From positions 1 through 64,000 of the IMG/VR virus record IMGVR_UViG_3300050035_000086: a stretch of DNA of 64,000 bases; one strand, written 5' to 3'. The position numbers and the translations under genes are program-made. Source of the stretch: a virus. Within the stretch, counting starts at the first letter, position 1; the number at the start of each line of letters is the position of its first letter. This document shows positions 1-8,284 of the stretch, one piece after another. The notes below the pieces were generated by a model. It had not been told where the DNA came from. It did no database searches and saw nothing but the letters and a program-made list of their open reading frames with translations.

Positions 1-172
1 TCAGTGACGTGTCATGATGTGTTGGCTGTCGCCACAAGAGTCTGACCTAAGAGCCCGATTCCAGCCTCGAAGCAATTTGATCTGAAAGACCGCGACACCT
101 GCGGCAGCGTTCCGAAGTTGATCGACTCGGGACGAGTGGTGCGACGGCGGGGAGAGACCACGCTGCTATTTT

Positions 173-248
173 GTGGGTTGAGCTAGTATGGTTATAGCGA
201 TCCGTTGAAGCCGGATAGAAATCCGTTCGATTCGGATAACCCGCACCA
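173..248 (+). tRNA. tRNA-Phe(GAA)
   Basis: Acceptor GTGGGTT/AACCCGC, anticodon arm ATCCG-ttGAAgc-CGGAT, T-loop TTCGATT, encoded CCA. Confidence 0.85.
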
Positions 249-249
249 T

Positions 250-325
250 CAGGGTATAGTGTAGGCTGCTAACATCCCGCGCCTGGAACGCGGTGTCCGA
301 GGTTGAAATCCTCGTACCCTGACCA
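250..325 (+). tRNA. tRNA-Pro(TGG), C33
   Basis: Acceptor CAGGGTA/TACCCTG, anticodon arm CCGCG-ccTGGaa-CGCGG, CCA end. Confidence 0.8.
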
Positions 326-333
326 AGTTTAAC

Positions 334-408
334 GGCCCTGTAGTATAACGAACAGAACATCGGTCTACGAAACCGAAGATCGCAGTTTAAGTCTGCGCGG
401 GGCTACCA
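334..408 (+). tRNA. tRNA-Arg(ACG)
   Basis: Anticodon arm TCGGT-ctACGaa-ACCGA, acceptor GGCCCTG/CGGGGCT, CCA end. Confidence 0.85.
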
Positions 409-414
409 AGTTTT

Positions 415-488
415 GCCGGGTTCAGTTAGTGGCAGGCTGTCTGATTCCAAACCAGACTACGTGGGTTCGATTCCTACACTCGGTGCCA
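415..488 (+). tRNA. tRNA-Trp(CCA)
   Basis: Loop ttCCAaa, T-arm GTGGG-TTCGATT-CCTAC, discriminator G, CCA end. Confidence 0.8.
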
Positions 489-493
489 TTTTC

Positions 494-571
494 GCCAGTG
501 AAGCTCATAAGGATGAGCAAGCCTCTCATAAAGGCGAGGAAGCTACGGTTCGAGTCCGGCGACTGGCACCA
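494..571 (+). tRNA. tRNA with CAT anticodon (Met or Ile2)
   Basis: GCCT-ctCATaa-AGGC arm, GCCAGT/ACTGGC acceptor, TTCGAGT T-loop, CCA; some stem mismatches. Confidence 0.7.
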
Positions 572-577
572 AGTTTT

Positions 578-671
578 GGGCGATAGCATCGGCTGTGCGG
601 GGAACCCTTATAAAGTTCCGAAAGCGCCAGATTAGCGCAACGGTCGGGATCGACACCCGAGTCGCCTACCA
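578..671 (+). tRNA. Atypical long-variable-arm tRNA with TAT anticodon (identity uncertain)
   Basis: Acceptor GGGCGAT/GTCGCCT, short D-arm, loop ctTATaa, variable hairpin GCGC-cagatta-GCGC, T-arm TCGGG-atcgaca-CCCGA, CCA. Confidence 0.7.
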
Positions 672-672
672 C

Positions 673-749
673 GGGTCGTAAGCATTGATGGTCAGATGCA
701 CCCGACTCTTAATCGGAAGAGCAGGATTCGAGTTCCTGACGACCCACCA
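673..749 (+). tRNA. tRNA-Lys(CTT)
   Basis: CCGA-ctCTTaa-TCGG arm, GGGTCGT/ACGACCC acceptor, CCA. Confidence 0.85.
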
Positions 750-801
750 ATCTTAAAGGAAATTGCAATGCGAAAATGCGAAGACAAATCGGATAAACAA
801 C

Positions 802-877
802 GGGGTCGTCGCATAGAGGCAACTGCAACGAACTTTTAATTCGAAAGACGTGAGTTCGAATCTCACCGGCCCCACCA
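802..877 (+). tRNA. tRNA-Lys(TTT)
   Basis: CGAA-ctTTTaa-TTCG arm, GTGAG-TTCGAAT-CTCAC T-arm, CCA. Confidence 0.85.
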
Positions 878-881
878 TTTT

Positions 882-957
882 GGCCCCTTAGCTCAGCGAA
901 CAGAGCAGTCCGTTTCTACCGGAAAGGTCGAGAGTCTGAATCTCTCAGGGGTCCCCA
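882..957 (+). tRNA. tRNA-Arg(TCT)
   Basis: TCCG-ttTCTac-CGGA arm, GGCCCCT/AGGGGTC acceptor, GCTC D-arm, CCA. Confidence 0.8.
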
Positions 958-963
958 AGTTTT

Positions 964-1042
964 GACCCCGTATCTCCCTCGTTTCCTAAACGAGAAAGAG
1001 TAAAAGGAAATGATGCCAGTTCGATTCTGGTCGGGGTTCCCA
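964..1042 (+). tRNA. D-armless tRNA-Arg(CCT)-like gene
   Basis: Acceptor GACCCCG/CGGGGTT, anticodon arm CTCGT-ttCCTaa-ACGAG only 7 nt after acceptor, T-arm GCCAG-TTCGATT-CTGGT, CCA. Confidence 0.7.
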
Positions 1043-1045
1043 ATT

Positions 1046-1122
1046 GCCGCCGTACCGGTTTGGATTCCGAATCCAAGGGCCGTAGATGAATCAGGCAGGT
1101 TTGAATCCTGTCGGCGGCTCCA
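1046..1122 (+). tRNA. D-armless tRNA-Arg(CCG)-like gene
   Basis: Acceptor GCCGCCG/CGGCGGC, anticodon arm TTGGA-ttCCGaa-TCCAA 7 nt after acceptor, T-arm GCAGG-TTTGAAT-CCTGT, CCA. Confidence 0.7.
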
Positions 1123-1127
1123 GTTTT

Positions 1128-1205
1128 GCCGGGTTGGTGTGAGTGGTCTAAACCGTTTCCCCTACAAGGAAAATTTCGCTGGTTCAAATCCAGCACCCGG
1201 TACCA
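1128..1205 (+). tRNA. tRNA-Val(TAC), C33
   Basis: TTTCC-ccTACaa-GGAAA arm, GCTGG-TTCAAAT-CCAGC T-arm, CCA. Confidence 0.8.
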
Positions 1206-1210
1206 TTTAT

Positions 1211-1284
1211 GGGCGACTCGTCCAATGATAGGACCCTCCCCCGATTAGGGAGATATTGCGGTTTGAGTCCGTGGTCGCCTACCA
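1211..1284 (+). tRNA. tRNA-Ile(GAT), C33/T37
   Basis: CTCCC-ccGATta-GGGAG arm, GGGCGAC/GTCGCCT acceptor, CCA. Confidence 0.75.
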
Positions 1285-1289
1285 AGTTT

Positions 1290-1363
1290 GCGCGGTTGGT
1301 ATATTGCTTGTGCCCTGGTCCTCCAAACCAGAGAAAGGGGTCGAATTCCCCTACTGCGCTCCA
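1290..1363 (+). tRNA. tRNA-Gly(TCC), C33
   Basis: CTGGT-ccTCCaa-ACCAG arm, GCGCGGT/ACTGCGC acceptor, discriminator T, CCA. Confidence 0.8.
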
Positions 1364-1464
1364 TCTTAGTCCAGATAATGGACGCCCATCGAGACTCCGT
1401 TTGAGTCCGCGAAGTACAGTGGGGCCGTCGCCCCAAAACAACTAACCCCACAAAGGATAAACAC

Positions 1465-2097
1465 ATGGCATCTCAAGATACTTCTATCGGTTACGCAAAC
1501 GGATTGTTTGTTCAGTCCATCACCACTGGAACAGAAACTGCTCTCCTTGTTCCCGCAACGGCTGGAATTTTTCCCGGACTTCCCGGCCCTGATCAGCCTG
1601 CTAGCACTGGCCTAGATATCGGCGTTCCCCCGGATGTTCAGTTCGGTGTGTGGGACGGACACCCGTTCAAGGTGCTCGTAGCTGGTAAGATCAATACAGG
1701 CGCTTCGATCACGTTCCTCGCCAATCTGTATTACGTGCCCGCCGCTATCGCCACTGCCCAGACCGCCGCTACTTTGGCAAACGATACAGTTGTTGTGTCA
1801 AACGCAGCGTCTGCTGCTTTCTCTGGGGCCGGTAACTTTGTTACGGAAGCAGAGTTCTTGTGGGATTCTGTTTCTAAGAAGTTGGTTGGTTTCGTGACAG
1901 CTAGTCAGGTAAACGGCGTTAACATCGCTGCCAACTCTGGAACCGCCGGAACTAACGTGGCAACCTCTGTTGTTACAGTAACATACACCGCCGGAACGAC
2001 CCCAAATCCGTTGAACTTCATTCCTTCGTTTACCTTTGGCACGGCAAACGCGGCGAACACTGTACAGTTGACGGAGTTCACTATTACTCGCGCCTAA
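1465..2097 (+). CDS. Putative virion structural protein (beta-rich; paralog of 24794-25483)
   Basis: RBS AAAGGA, T/A/G-rich 210 aa, shared motifs with 24794 ORF (FLWDSVSKKLVG vs LIWDAVSGKLNG; NAANTV vs GAANTI). Confidence 0.6.
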   Translation: MASQDTSIGYANGLFVQSITTGTETALLVPATAGIFPGLPGPDQPASTGLDIGVPPDVQFGVWDGHPFKVLVAGKINTGASITFLANLYYVPAAIATAQTAATLANDTVVVSNAASAAFSGAGNFVTEAEFLWDSVSKKLVGFVTASQVNGVNIAANSGTAGTNVATSVVTVTYTAGTTPNPLNFIPSFTFGTANAANTVQLTEFTITRA

Positions 2098-2107
2098 TAA
2101 CAACCCA

Positions 2108-2127
2108 CGGGGGTCTTCGGACCCCCG
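2108..2127 (+). terminator. Stable cUUCGg hairpin (terminator or transcript stabiliser)
   Basis: CGGGGGTC-TTCG-GACCCCCG just after the stop of 1465-2097; no clear U-tract. Confidence 0.45.
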
Positions 2128-2139
2128 ACTGGAGACCAA

Positions 2140-2361
2140 ATGGACACCTTCATTGAAGCAGTATGCGGCGTTCTATTTGTTCTAGCGGTTCTGTTCGCGG
2201 TTGATCGGAGTCTTTGGATCAAGGAAATCGAGACCGACTTGAACAACTTTTTGGGCGATTCTTTAGCTGCTCGTGATATGGCTGAAGATTCAGTTCGAGT
2301 ACACTATCAAGCACAAGCTAGTGCTATTAAAGCACTTATCAGAAAACATTTCAAGCTGTAG
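2140..2361 (+). CDS. Small membrane-anchored hypothetical protein
   Basis: RBS GGAG, N-terminal hydrophobic helix. Confidence 0.6.
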   Translation: MDTFIEAVCGVLFVLAVLFAVDRSLWIKEIETDLNNFLGDSLAARDMAEDSVRVHYQAQASAIKALIRKHFKL

Positions 2362-2369
2362 AGGAATAC

Positions 2370-2702
2370 ATGGCGAACTCACTTAATACGCTGCCTGCGG
2401 TCATTGACACAGATATTACTTCGTGGAGGACTGCCTCCGGTTATTTACAAGGAGTTCGAGTTATAAAGATCACCCTGGCGGTGGGGGCGAGTGCTGCTTC
2501 CTCCGCTGGGGTTATTTCTATTACAGCCCCCTCTGATAACTCCTTGCTTTGTTACCCAATGCTCGTTCCTGCTGGTCAACCTGCTTACACCGTTTTGTAC
2601 AACGAAAACCAGGACGTCTCCGGAGTCGAGACCTGGAGAGACTTTGCGGTTACAGGACTGACCGCTACTGGCACAAGACTGTTTGTCTGGTACAAGGTAT
2701 AG
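2370..2702 (+). CDS. Hypothetical (putative small structural) protein
   Basis: RBS GAGGA, 110 aa, beta-strand-like composition. Confidence 0.6.
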   Translation: MANSLNTLPAVIDTDITSWRTASGYLQGVRVIKITLAVGASAASSAGVISITAPSDNSLLCYPMLVPAGQPAYTVLYNENQDVSGVETWRDFAVTGLTATGTRLFVWYKV

Positions 2703-2707
2703 TCCAG

Positions 2708-4144
2708 ATGAAAAAACTTCTTTTGTTTCTCTTTGTTCTCGCTCTTGCCAGTCCATTATCTGGACAAGTTCCTGTGTTTCCGCAGGCGGCTGCGACCGCC
2801 ACCAGCATCTCTGGAGGAGGGGCGGGGGCTCAGCCCTACCAAACAGCCGCTAGTACGACCTCCTTTGTCTATCCGGCAACCGACGCAAATATGCTCACGA
2901 TGGACCTAAACCGCACCGACAGCTATACGGAACGCGGCACAATCGAGTGGCCCTACAAGAACCTTTCCACGCTGGTCATCCCAAGCACGGGATTAGCGTC
3001 GATCTTCTCCAGTCCAAATGCTTCTTATTCAAACCCTACCGCCGTTACTCTCCCCGCAATTCCCATCACGATATACGGCAACAATTCGACGTGGACTCCG
3101 ACAGGTGGGCTTACCGTCGCGGCTAAGATCATTTCCTACGATTTGATCGACGGCGCGGCTGTGACATACAACTACGCGGGTACTGAGCGTAGCGAGAAGC
3201 ATGGCGGGGCATTTCTCGGAAACGTCAATCTTACTCAAGGGTATCTTCATGCGTTCGGCACGAATCTAAGCGGAAACAGCAACACTTTCACGGTAGGCGG
3301 GGCTTCGACCGCCGCGTTGCTTTATGGAGAGGCAATTACCGGAAGCCAGAAGATTACATCGGGAGGTCCGGGGGCGTTAATTGCCCTGTACAACCCAAAC
3401 ATGACTAAGTCGAGCGGCTATAACGTCGATATGACCTCTGGTGGCCAGTTGCTTTTGAGTGGCGCACTGCTGAACACGGTTGCGGGAACCGCGAACATAT
3501 ATCTTCCGACAGCCAATACGTTGTCAACTGTCCACGCAATCAGCGGCCTCATTGTTGGAACGGGAACCGGCGTCAACTGCGTAAATGGCACGACTACCTA
3601 CGTGGTCTATGGGTTTAACCTCGCTCCGATCACGAATTGCACCCTTGTTCCCGGCTACCAGGGGCCGACAGCTTTCCAAGGGGCAATATCCGTACCAGCG
3701 GCAACGGGAATCTCTAGCGTAACAACCGGAACAGCGGCTAGTGCTGGATATGTCGGGCAGGTTCTTTCCTCAAAGATTTCTAGCGGTTCGGCAGTATCCG
3801 AATCAACCGGGGCCACAGTAAACGTCACGAGCTTGACGCTTACGGCGGGCGATTGGGACGTTGAGGGTTCGGTGGTTTTCAAGCCATCAAGTGTGACTAT
3901 TCCGTCTGGATACAACGCGTGGATAGGAATCAATTCGACATCTGTCACGATTCCCTCTGATGGTACCGAAGTGGCTGTCACGCCTGGAACCGAATCTAAT
4001 CAAAGCTCTGGTTTTGGGGGATCAATTCCAAGACAGATTTATAACGTGTCAACTTCCACGACGGTTTATCTTGTTGCGCAATCCAACTTTACGGCAGGCT
4101 CTATGGGAGTTTATGGATACCTGACGGCGCGGAGAGTTCACTAA
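2708..4144 (+). CDS. Fibre/appendage-like protein with N-terminal signal-peptide-like sequence
   Basis: Likely start ATG 2708 (MKKLLLFLFVLALASPLSGQ); Ser/Thr/Gly-rich; C-terminal 'VTSLTLTAGDWDVEG...LTARRVH' fibre-tip-like domain. Confidence 0.6.
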   Translation: MKKLLLFLFVLALASPLSGQVPVFPQAAATATSISGGGAGAQPYQTAASTTSFVYPATDANMLTMDLNRTDSYTERGTIEWPYKNLSTLVIPSTGLASIFSSPNASYSNPTAVTLPAIPITIYGNNSTWTPTGGLTVAAKIISYDLIDGAAVTYNYAGTERSEKHGGAFLGNVNLTQGYLHAFGTNLSGNSNTFTVGGASTAALLYGEAITGSQKITSGGPGALIALYNPNMTKSSGYNVDMTSGGQLLLSGALLNTVAGTANIYLPTANTLSTVHAISGLIVGTGTGVNCVNGTTTYVVYGFNLAPITNCTLVPGYQGPTAFQGAISVPAATGISSVTTGTAASAGYVGQVLSSKISSGSAVSESTGATVNVTSLTLTAGDWDVEGSVVFKPSSVTIPSGYNAWIGINSTSVTIPSDGTEVAVTPGTESNQSSGFGGSIPRQIYNVSTSTTVYLVAQSNFTAGSMGVYGYLTARRVH

Positions 4145-4168
4145 CCTAAGATTTAAGAAAGGTACAAA

Positions 4169-4348
4169 ATGAAGAATGATTCGAAGATCGAAAAGAAGTC
4201 CTCGAAAGTAGCGGCGAAGTCTGCTAAGAAGTCTGAGAAGGCGGAAGAGAAGGCCGAGAAGAAAATCGGCTCCGTGAAGATAAAAATCAAGGCCAAAGCC
4301 TCGACTCCTGAGCAGGCCAAGAGTATGCTGAAGAAAGCAATCAAGTAA
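4169..4348 (+). CDS. Small Lys-rich basic protein (59 aa, not in ORF track)
   Basis: RBS AAAGG; MKNDSKIEKKSSKVAAKSAKKSEKAEEKAEKKIGSVKIKIKAKASTPEQAKSMLKKAIK*. Confidence 0.7.
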   Translation: MKNDSKIEKKSSKVAAKSAKKSEKAEEKAEKKIGSVKIKIKAKASTPEQAKSMLKKAIK

Positions 4349-4383
4349 TTTAACCCGTCCATTATCTGGACAAAGGAATAATC

Positions 4384-4710
4384 ATGGCAGAGTCAAGAGC
4401 CAAATCCGGCATGGGTGGAAAGTCCGGAAAGAAATCTTCCAAAAAGTCGGGTCACATTCATGAGACCCATATCCGCCACTACAAGAGCGGCGGGCACGAA
4501 GTAACCCACCACTACAAAGATGACGCCGGAAATATTACCCCAGGTGATCCGGATATGATGGCGGACAAAGCGGCCCTTATGGCACACCTTCAGAATACGA
4601 TTCCCGACAATGGATCAGCGCAAGCAGCCCCCACAGGACCTCCTCAAGCCGCTGATGCCTCCCAACAGCAAGTAGCTCCTTCGCAAGCTCAAGCCCCTCA
4701 AGGTATGTAA
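4384..4710 (+). CDS. Hypothetical protein (basic/His-rich N-terminus)
   Basis: RBS AAAGGA, 108 aa. Confidence 0.65.
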   Translation: MAESRAKSGMGGKSGKKSSKKSGHIHETHIRHYKSGGHEVTHHYKDDAGNITPGDPDMMADKAALMAHLQNTIPDNGSAQAAPTGPPQAADASQQQVAPSQAQAPQGM

Positions 4711-5397
4711 ATGACACTCGCACACAAATTGACGGCAGCGGCGGCAATCGTTCTACTCGTGCTTTTGGTAGTTGGCGGAATTGCGTGGAGACAGGACCAT
4801 AAAGCCCTGTCACAATCTAAGGCGGTTGAATCTGCACAAAAACCAATTATTGCGCAAGCGACTGCTGACAAGGTGGTGACGACCTCCGATCTTACCAAAG
4901 CTCTGGCCGCGATTCAGCAGCAAAGAACCGTAGTAGTTACTGTCCCGCAAGCCGCCGCCGCAATCGCCCAGGCTATTCCAAATCTTCCTCAGCAAGTCCA
5001 AGTTCAAAACGTACCCGCTACGGCAACGACTCCAGAATCCCAAAGCCTAGTCATTCCCCAAGCCGATATTCCGGCCTTTCAAAAATACAAGTTAGATTGC
5101 GATGAATCGAACGCAAAACTACTGGCTTGTGCCAAGAACGCTGTTGATGACAAGACTATCCTAACTGCGACTGAGAAAGAGCGTGATTCTTGGAAACAAA
5201 CTGCCCAAGGCGGAACCTTCTGGACACGTCTCGGATCTGGGTTGAAACACTCAGGGTGCGGAGCGGCGGGAGGGTTGGTTGGCGTAGAAACTGCCCAATC
5301 TAGAAACGCTACTCCAATGACTGGTATTACCGCTGGGGCAGCAACTTTTGGAGGGTGCGAAGTTTTATCTTACTTTTTAGGGAGACGCCACAAATGA
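4711..5397 (+). CDS. Membrane-anchored coiled-coil protein, possible spanin-like
   Basis: N-terminal TM helix then helical Ala/Gln-rich region; adjacent to holin-like ORF. Confidence 0.45.
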   Translation: MTLAHKLTAAAAIVLLVLLVVGGIAWRQDHKALSQSKAVESAQKPIIAQATADKVVTTSDLTKALAAIQQQRTVVVTVPQAAAAIAQAIPNLPQQVQVQNVPATATTPESQSLVIPQADIPAFQKYKLDCDESNAKLLACAKNAVDDKTILTATEKERDSWKQTAQGGTFWTRLGSGLKHSGCGAAGGLVGVETAQSRNATPMTGITAGAATFGGCEVLSYFLGRRHK

Positions 5398-5711
5398 ATG
5401 GTAATTGGGCGGCTGGTTTTTTAAGGTCGCAACTCTCAGACAAAGATGGAACTGTTAGCAACACCCGAGTCCTGTTAGCTCTGGTTGTTAGTCATATACT
5501 AGCTTGGATCAGCGCTCTAGTTTGTCTATACGCTTGGTTTACTTTCAAGACACACACCCCCGTTACGATGACCGATATTGTGACATTTTTGGGGTCTGTT
5601 ACTGTATTCGCTACGTCTCTCTGCGGGACGTTGCAACTCATCAAAACCGGCGGAGACGCCGTTAACAACCGAGCGCCGAATGCTCCTCCTCAGATTCTGC
5701 CGCCCGCATAG
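5394..5711 (+). CDS. Two-TM membrane protein, putative holin
   Basis: Start ATG 5394 overlaps previous stop; two hydrophobic segments after 'SNTRVL'. Confidence 0.5.
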   Translation: MNGNWAAGFLRSQLSDKDGTVSNTRVLLALVVSHILAWISALVCLYAWFTFKTHTPVTMTDIVTFLGSVTVFATSLCGTLQLIKTGGDAVNNRAPNAPPQILPPA

Positions 5712-5720
5712 GAGATTCAA

Positions 5721-5855
5721 ATGAGTTTTGTAATCACAGCAGTAGTTGCTTTTACCGCTGGAGTAGTTCTTACCCTTTTCTACCGTAAACAGGTCGAGAA
5801 GAAGCTCCACGACGAAAAGAACGCAATCCTCGCCGAAGTCAAGAACAAAATCTAA
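5721..5855 (+). CDS. Small single-TM protein (44 aa, not in ORF track)
   Basis: RBS AGGAG; MSFVITAVVAFTAGVVLTLFYRKQVEKKLHDEKNAILAEVKNKI*. Confidence 0.6.
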   Translation: MSFVITAVVAFTAGVVLTLFYRKQVEKKLHDEKNAILAEVKNKI

Positions 5856-5876
5856 TAACCCCTAGAGGGAACTGAT

Positions 5877-6083
5877 TTGACTTTCGAAGTTCTGGAAAGA
5901 CTCAGATTGTTTGTGGGCGGTCACCGGCAAAAATCGTTGATGGCCGCGCAAAATTCTCGGCTTAATGGATACAAGTCAGTTGCCTTAGAGCACGAGAATG
6001 AAGCGGCACTAGCTGCGGTAATTCTTCAAGATTTAGCGAACGAAAAAGGAACTAGTTATGCCAATCCGAAAACCAACTACTAA
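5877..6083 (+). CDS. Hypothetical protein
   Basis: TTG start with GAGGG RBS, fills gap in operon. Confidence 0.45.
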   Translation: MTFEVLERLRLFVGGHRQKSLMAAQNSRLNGYKSVALEHENEAALAAVILQDLANEKGTSYANPKTNY

Positions 6084-6240
6084 AGTTGGGAAGCAGAAAG
6101 CCGTTAAGGGCGTGATGGAAGAATTTAAAGCAGGAAAACTGCACTCAGGGTCCAAGAAAGGACCCAAGATCACAAACCCAAAACAGGCAATCGCTGTGGC
6201 ATTATCCGAGAGCGGACAATCAAAATCCAAAAAGAAGTAA
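6058..6240 (+). CDS. Small basic protein, DUF6496-like
   Basis: VMEEFKAGKLHSGSKKGPKITNPKQAIAVALSE matches the remembered family pattern. Confidence 0.65.
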   Translation: MPIRKPTTKVGKQKAVKGVMEEFKAGKLHSGSKKGPKITNPKQAIAVALSESGQSKSKKK

Positions 6241-6249
6241 GGATCAGTC

Positions 6250-8283
6250 TTGACAGCAAACTACGATGAACTCGTTGATCAGTACCAAACAGCCGATCAG
6301 ATACCAAACAACGTGCTGTATGAGTACCTAGACGAGAATAAACAGAACATAATCAATCTCTCCCAAATAGAGAATATACCAGAATCCAAACTGGGAAGAG
6401 AAGTTCGTCGTCGTTGTGTTTTCGACATCAAGTGGTTGGCTCAGTACTTCCTGTGGGATGCTATGGCCGCTAGTGATGGCGGATTGAAACCTGTTTCCAA
6501 TAACATATTTCTCGACCCCCAGTACGATATCTTTGCTGAATTGTTTGCTAAGAAAGATCCAGCAGTTCCGATTCACAAACTCAGTCCCACCAAGACCAGA
6601 GTTTTGTTGTGGCCAAGAGGCGGAGCCAAAAGCTCGTACGATCACGTGGACACATTTCAGTGGATAATTGCTTACCCTGATGTCCGAATTTTATACCTTA
6701 CAGCAGAATCCAGTTTGTCCATTGGATTCGTCGGCGAGCTTAAAGGTTTCTTTACCCTCCGAGAAGATACTCCCACTCTGTCGAATCTGTTTTTCCCGGA
6801 ACATTGTTGCTTGGCAAAGGACATGAAAAAGGGAACAGTCTTTACGACGCCTGTATATAAGAACAAGAAAACAGGACGTAAAGAACCTACGGTTATCGCC
6901 TCATCGGTAGGAAAAACCAAGAGCGGATACCATTATGAAGTAATCAAATGTGATGACTCTGTGTCCGATAAAAACACTGAGACTGAAACCCAGTGCCAGA
7001 GTGTTTCTGAGAAGTTGTTCTTAGCCGAAAACCTCTTGATTCCGGGCGGAGATGGCTTCCCCATATTCTACATCGGAACTAGGTATCACGATCTCGACCA
7101 CTACGGCGCTCTCCTTGAGAAATATCTAGATAAAGGTGAAGTAGAAATCACCTCAGGAGTAGGCTGGAAGTTCTACCACAACAAGACCTACAGTATTGAT
7201 ATTCTGATCGGCAAAGCCTGCCAGATCAAGCCAGAGGTTGCTGAGAAACTGTCCAGAGAGGGCAGACCAGTCACCTATGCAGAAGCAGGCGAAGCTGGAT
7301 GCGATATTCTCCTCCCCAACATCATGTCGTACTCGTTCTTCATGGGCAAGTTCTCGAAGAATGAAAGAGTCACAGAGGGGCAGCTTAATCAGAATCCCCA
7401 GACTACGAGTGACGTAGAGTTCGACCGAATGTTGATGCTTCGGGCCACAGTTCCCTATCAGATGCTCCCCCGAGAAGGACCCTGCTGCCAGTTTTGGGAT
7501 TTCGCCTTTAGTCAGAAAAAAGGCAGAGACTACTCGACGGGTGCGTCCATTATCTGGACAGAAGAGGATGAACTTACCGCTAAGGGGGAGAAGACGGGGA
7601 ATAAGAAGACGGTTGGGTACGTTCGCAAGATCGTCCGAGACCGCTTCAATCACTCCACCCTCGCCCAAGCCGTAGTTGATCTTGCCGTAGAAGAGCATCC
7701 ATTTGTTATCGGAATTGAAGATGCCGCCGGGTCTCGTTTCTTGGAGCCTACAATTATTTCTACAGCACTCCGAACAAAAGATGCTCGCGTAATTGAGTTG
7801 TGCTCTCATATCGATTGGGTTACTCCGGACAACCAGATAGATGCCAAGCGGGTAAGAATGCGGTCGATGTATCCTTGGATTTCCGAGGGAAGACTCAAGT
7901 TCCTGAATGCCTGCATGGCTCCCAAAGAGTCCAATTTGGAAGTTTTCTATTCCGAATGGCAGAAATGTTTAGTAAGCCATCACCATGATGATATCCCAGA
8001 CGTTGTATCTCAGATGCCCAACCGATACGCTCCTCGGGCCACCCAAGCCATAGTCGAAAACAACGTTGAGATGTTCTCCCGCATAGATCAAATAGGCTGG
8101 AACGAACTCTTCAATGAAGATTACATGGCACAGAACGGCTCGTGGATGGACGACAACGGAAACATCATAAACCAAGAACAGCCAATTATGCCGACAGCCG
8201 ATCTATTCCAACCAGAACCAGAAGCATCAACTCAAACGCCCTATGGGATGCCAAACGTCCTCGGGGCTGGGTTTTGGGGGTAG
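6250..8283 (+). CDS. terL: Terminase large subunit
   Basis: Walker A-like PRGGAKSS, Walker B IKCDD, IGTRY coupling motif, RNase H-like nuclease WDFAFS...HDDIPD. Confidence 0.9.
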   Translation: MTANYDELVDQYQTADQIPNNVLYEYLDENKQNIINLSQIENIPESKLGREVRRRCVFDIKWLAQYFLWDAMAASDGGLKPVSNNIFLDPQYDIFAELFAKKDPAVPIHKLSPTKTRVLLWPRGGAKSSYDHVDTFQWIIAYPDVRILYLTAESSLSIGFVGELKGFFTLREDTPTLSNLFFPEHCCLAKDMKKGTVFTTPVYKNKKTGRKEPTVIASSVGKTKSGYHYEVIKCDDSVSDKNTETETQCQSVSEKLFLAENLLIPGGDGFPIFYIGTRYHDLDHYGALLEKYLDKGEVEITSGVGWKFYHNKTYSIDILIGKACQIKPEVAEKLSREGRPVTYAEAGEAGCDILLPNIMSYSFFMGKFSKNERVTEGQLNQNPQTTSDVEFDRMLMLRATVPYQMLPREGPCCQFWDFAFSQKKGRDYSTGASIIWTEEDELTAKGEKTGNKKTVGYVRKIVRDRFNHSTLAQAVVDLAVEEHPFVIGIEDAAGSRFLEPTIISTALRTKDARVIELCSHIDWVTPDNQIDAKRVRMRSMYPWISEGRLKFLNACMAPKESNLEVFYSEWQKCLVSHHHDDIPDVVSQMPNRYAPRATQAIVENNVEMFSRIDQIGWNELFNEDYMAQNGSWMDDNGNIINQEQPIMPTADLFQPEPEASTQTPYGMPNVLGAGFWG

Positions 8284-8284
8284 C

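Noticed and set aside
166-1466. Short ORFs over the tRNA array
   Set aside because: They overlap well-formed tRNA genes and lack protein features.
2549-2707. N-terminal extension of the 531-aa ORF
   Set aside because: Overlaps 2370-2702; ATG 2708 gives a clean leader right after the upstream stop.
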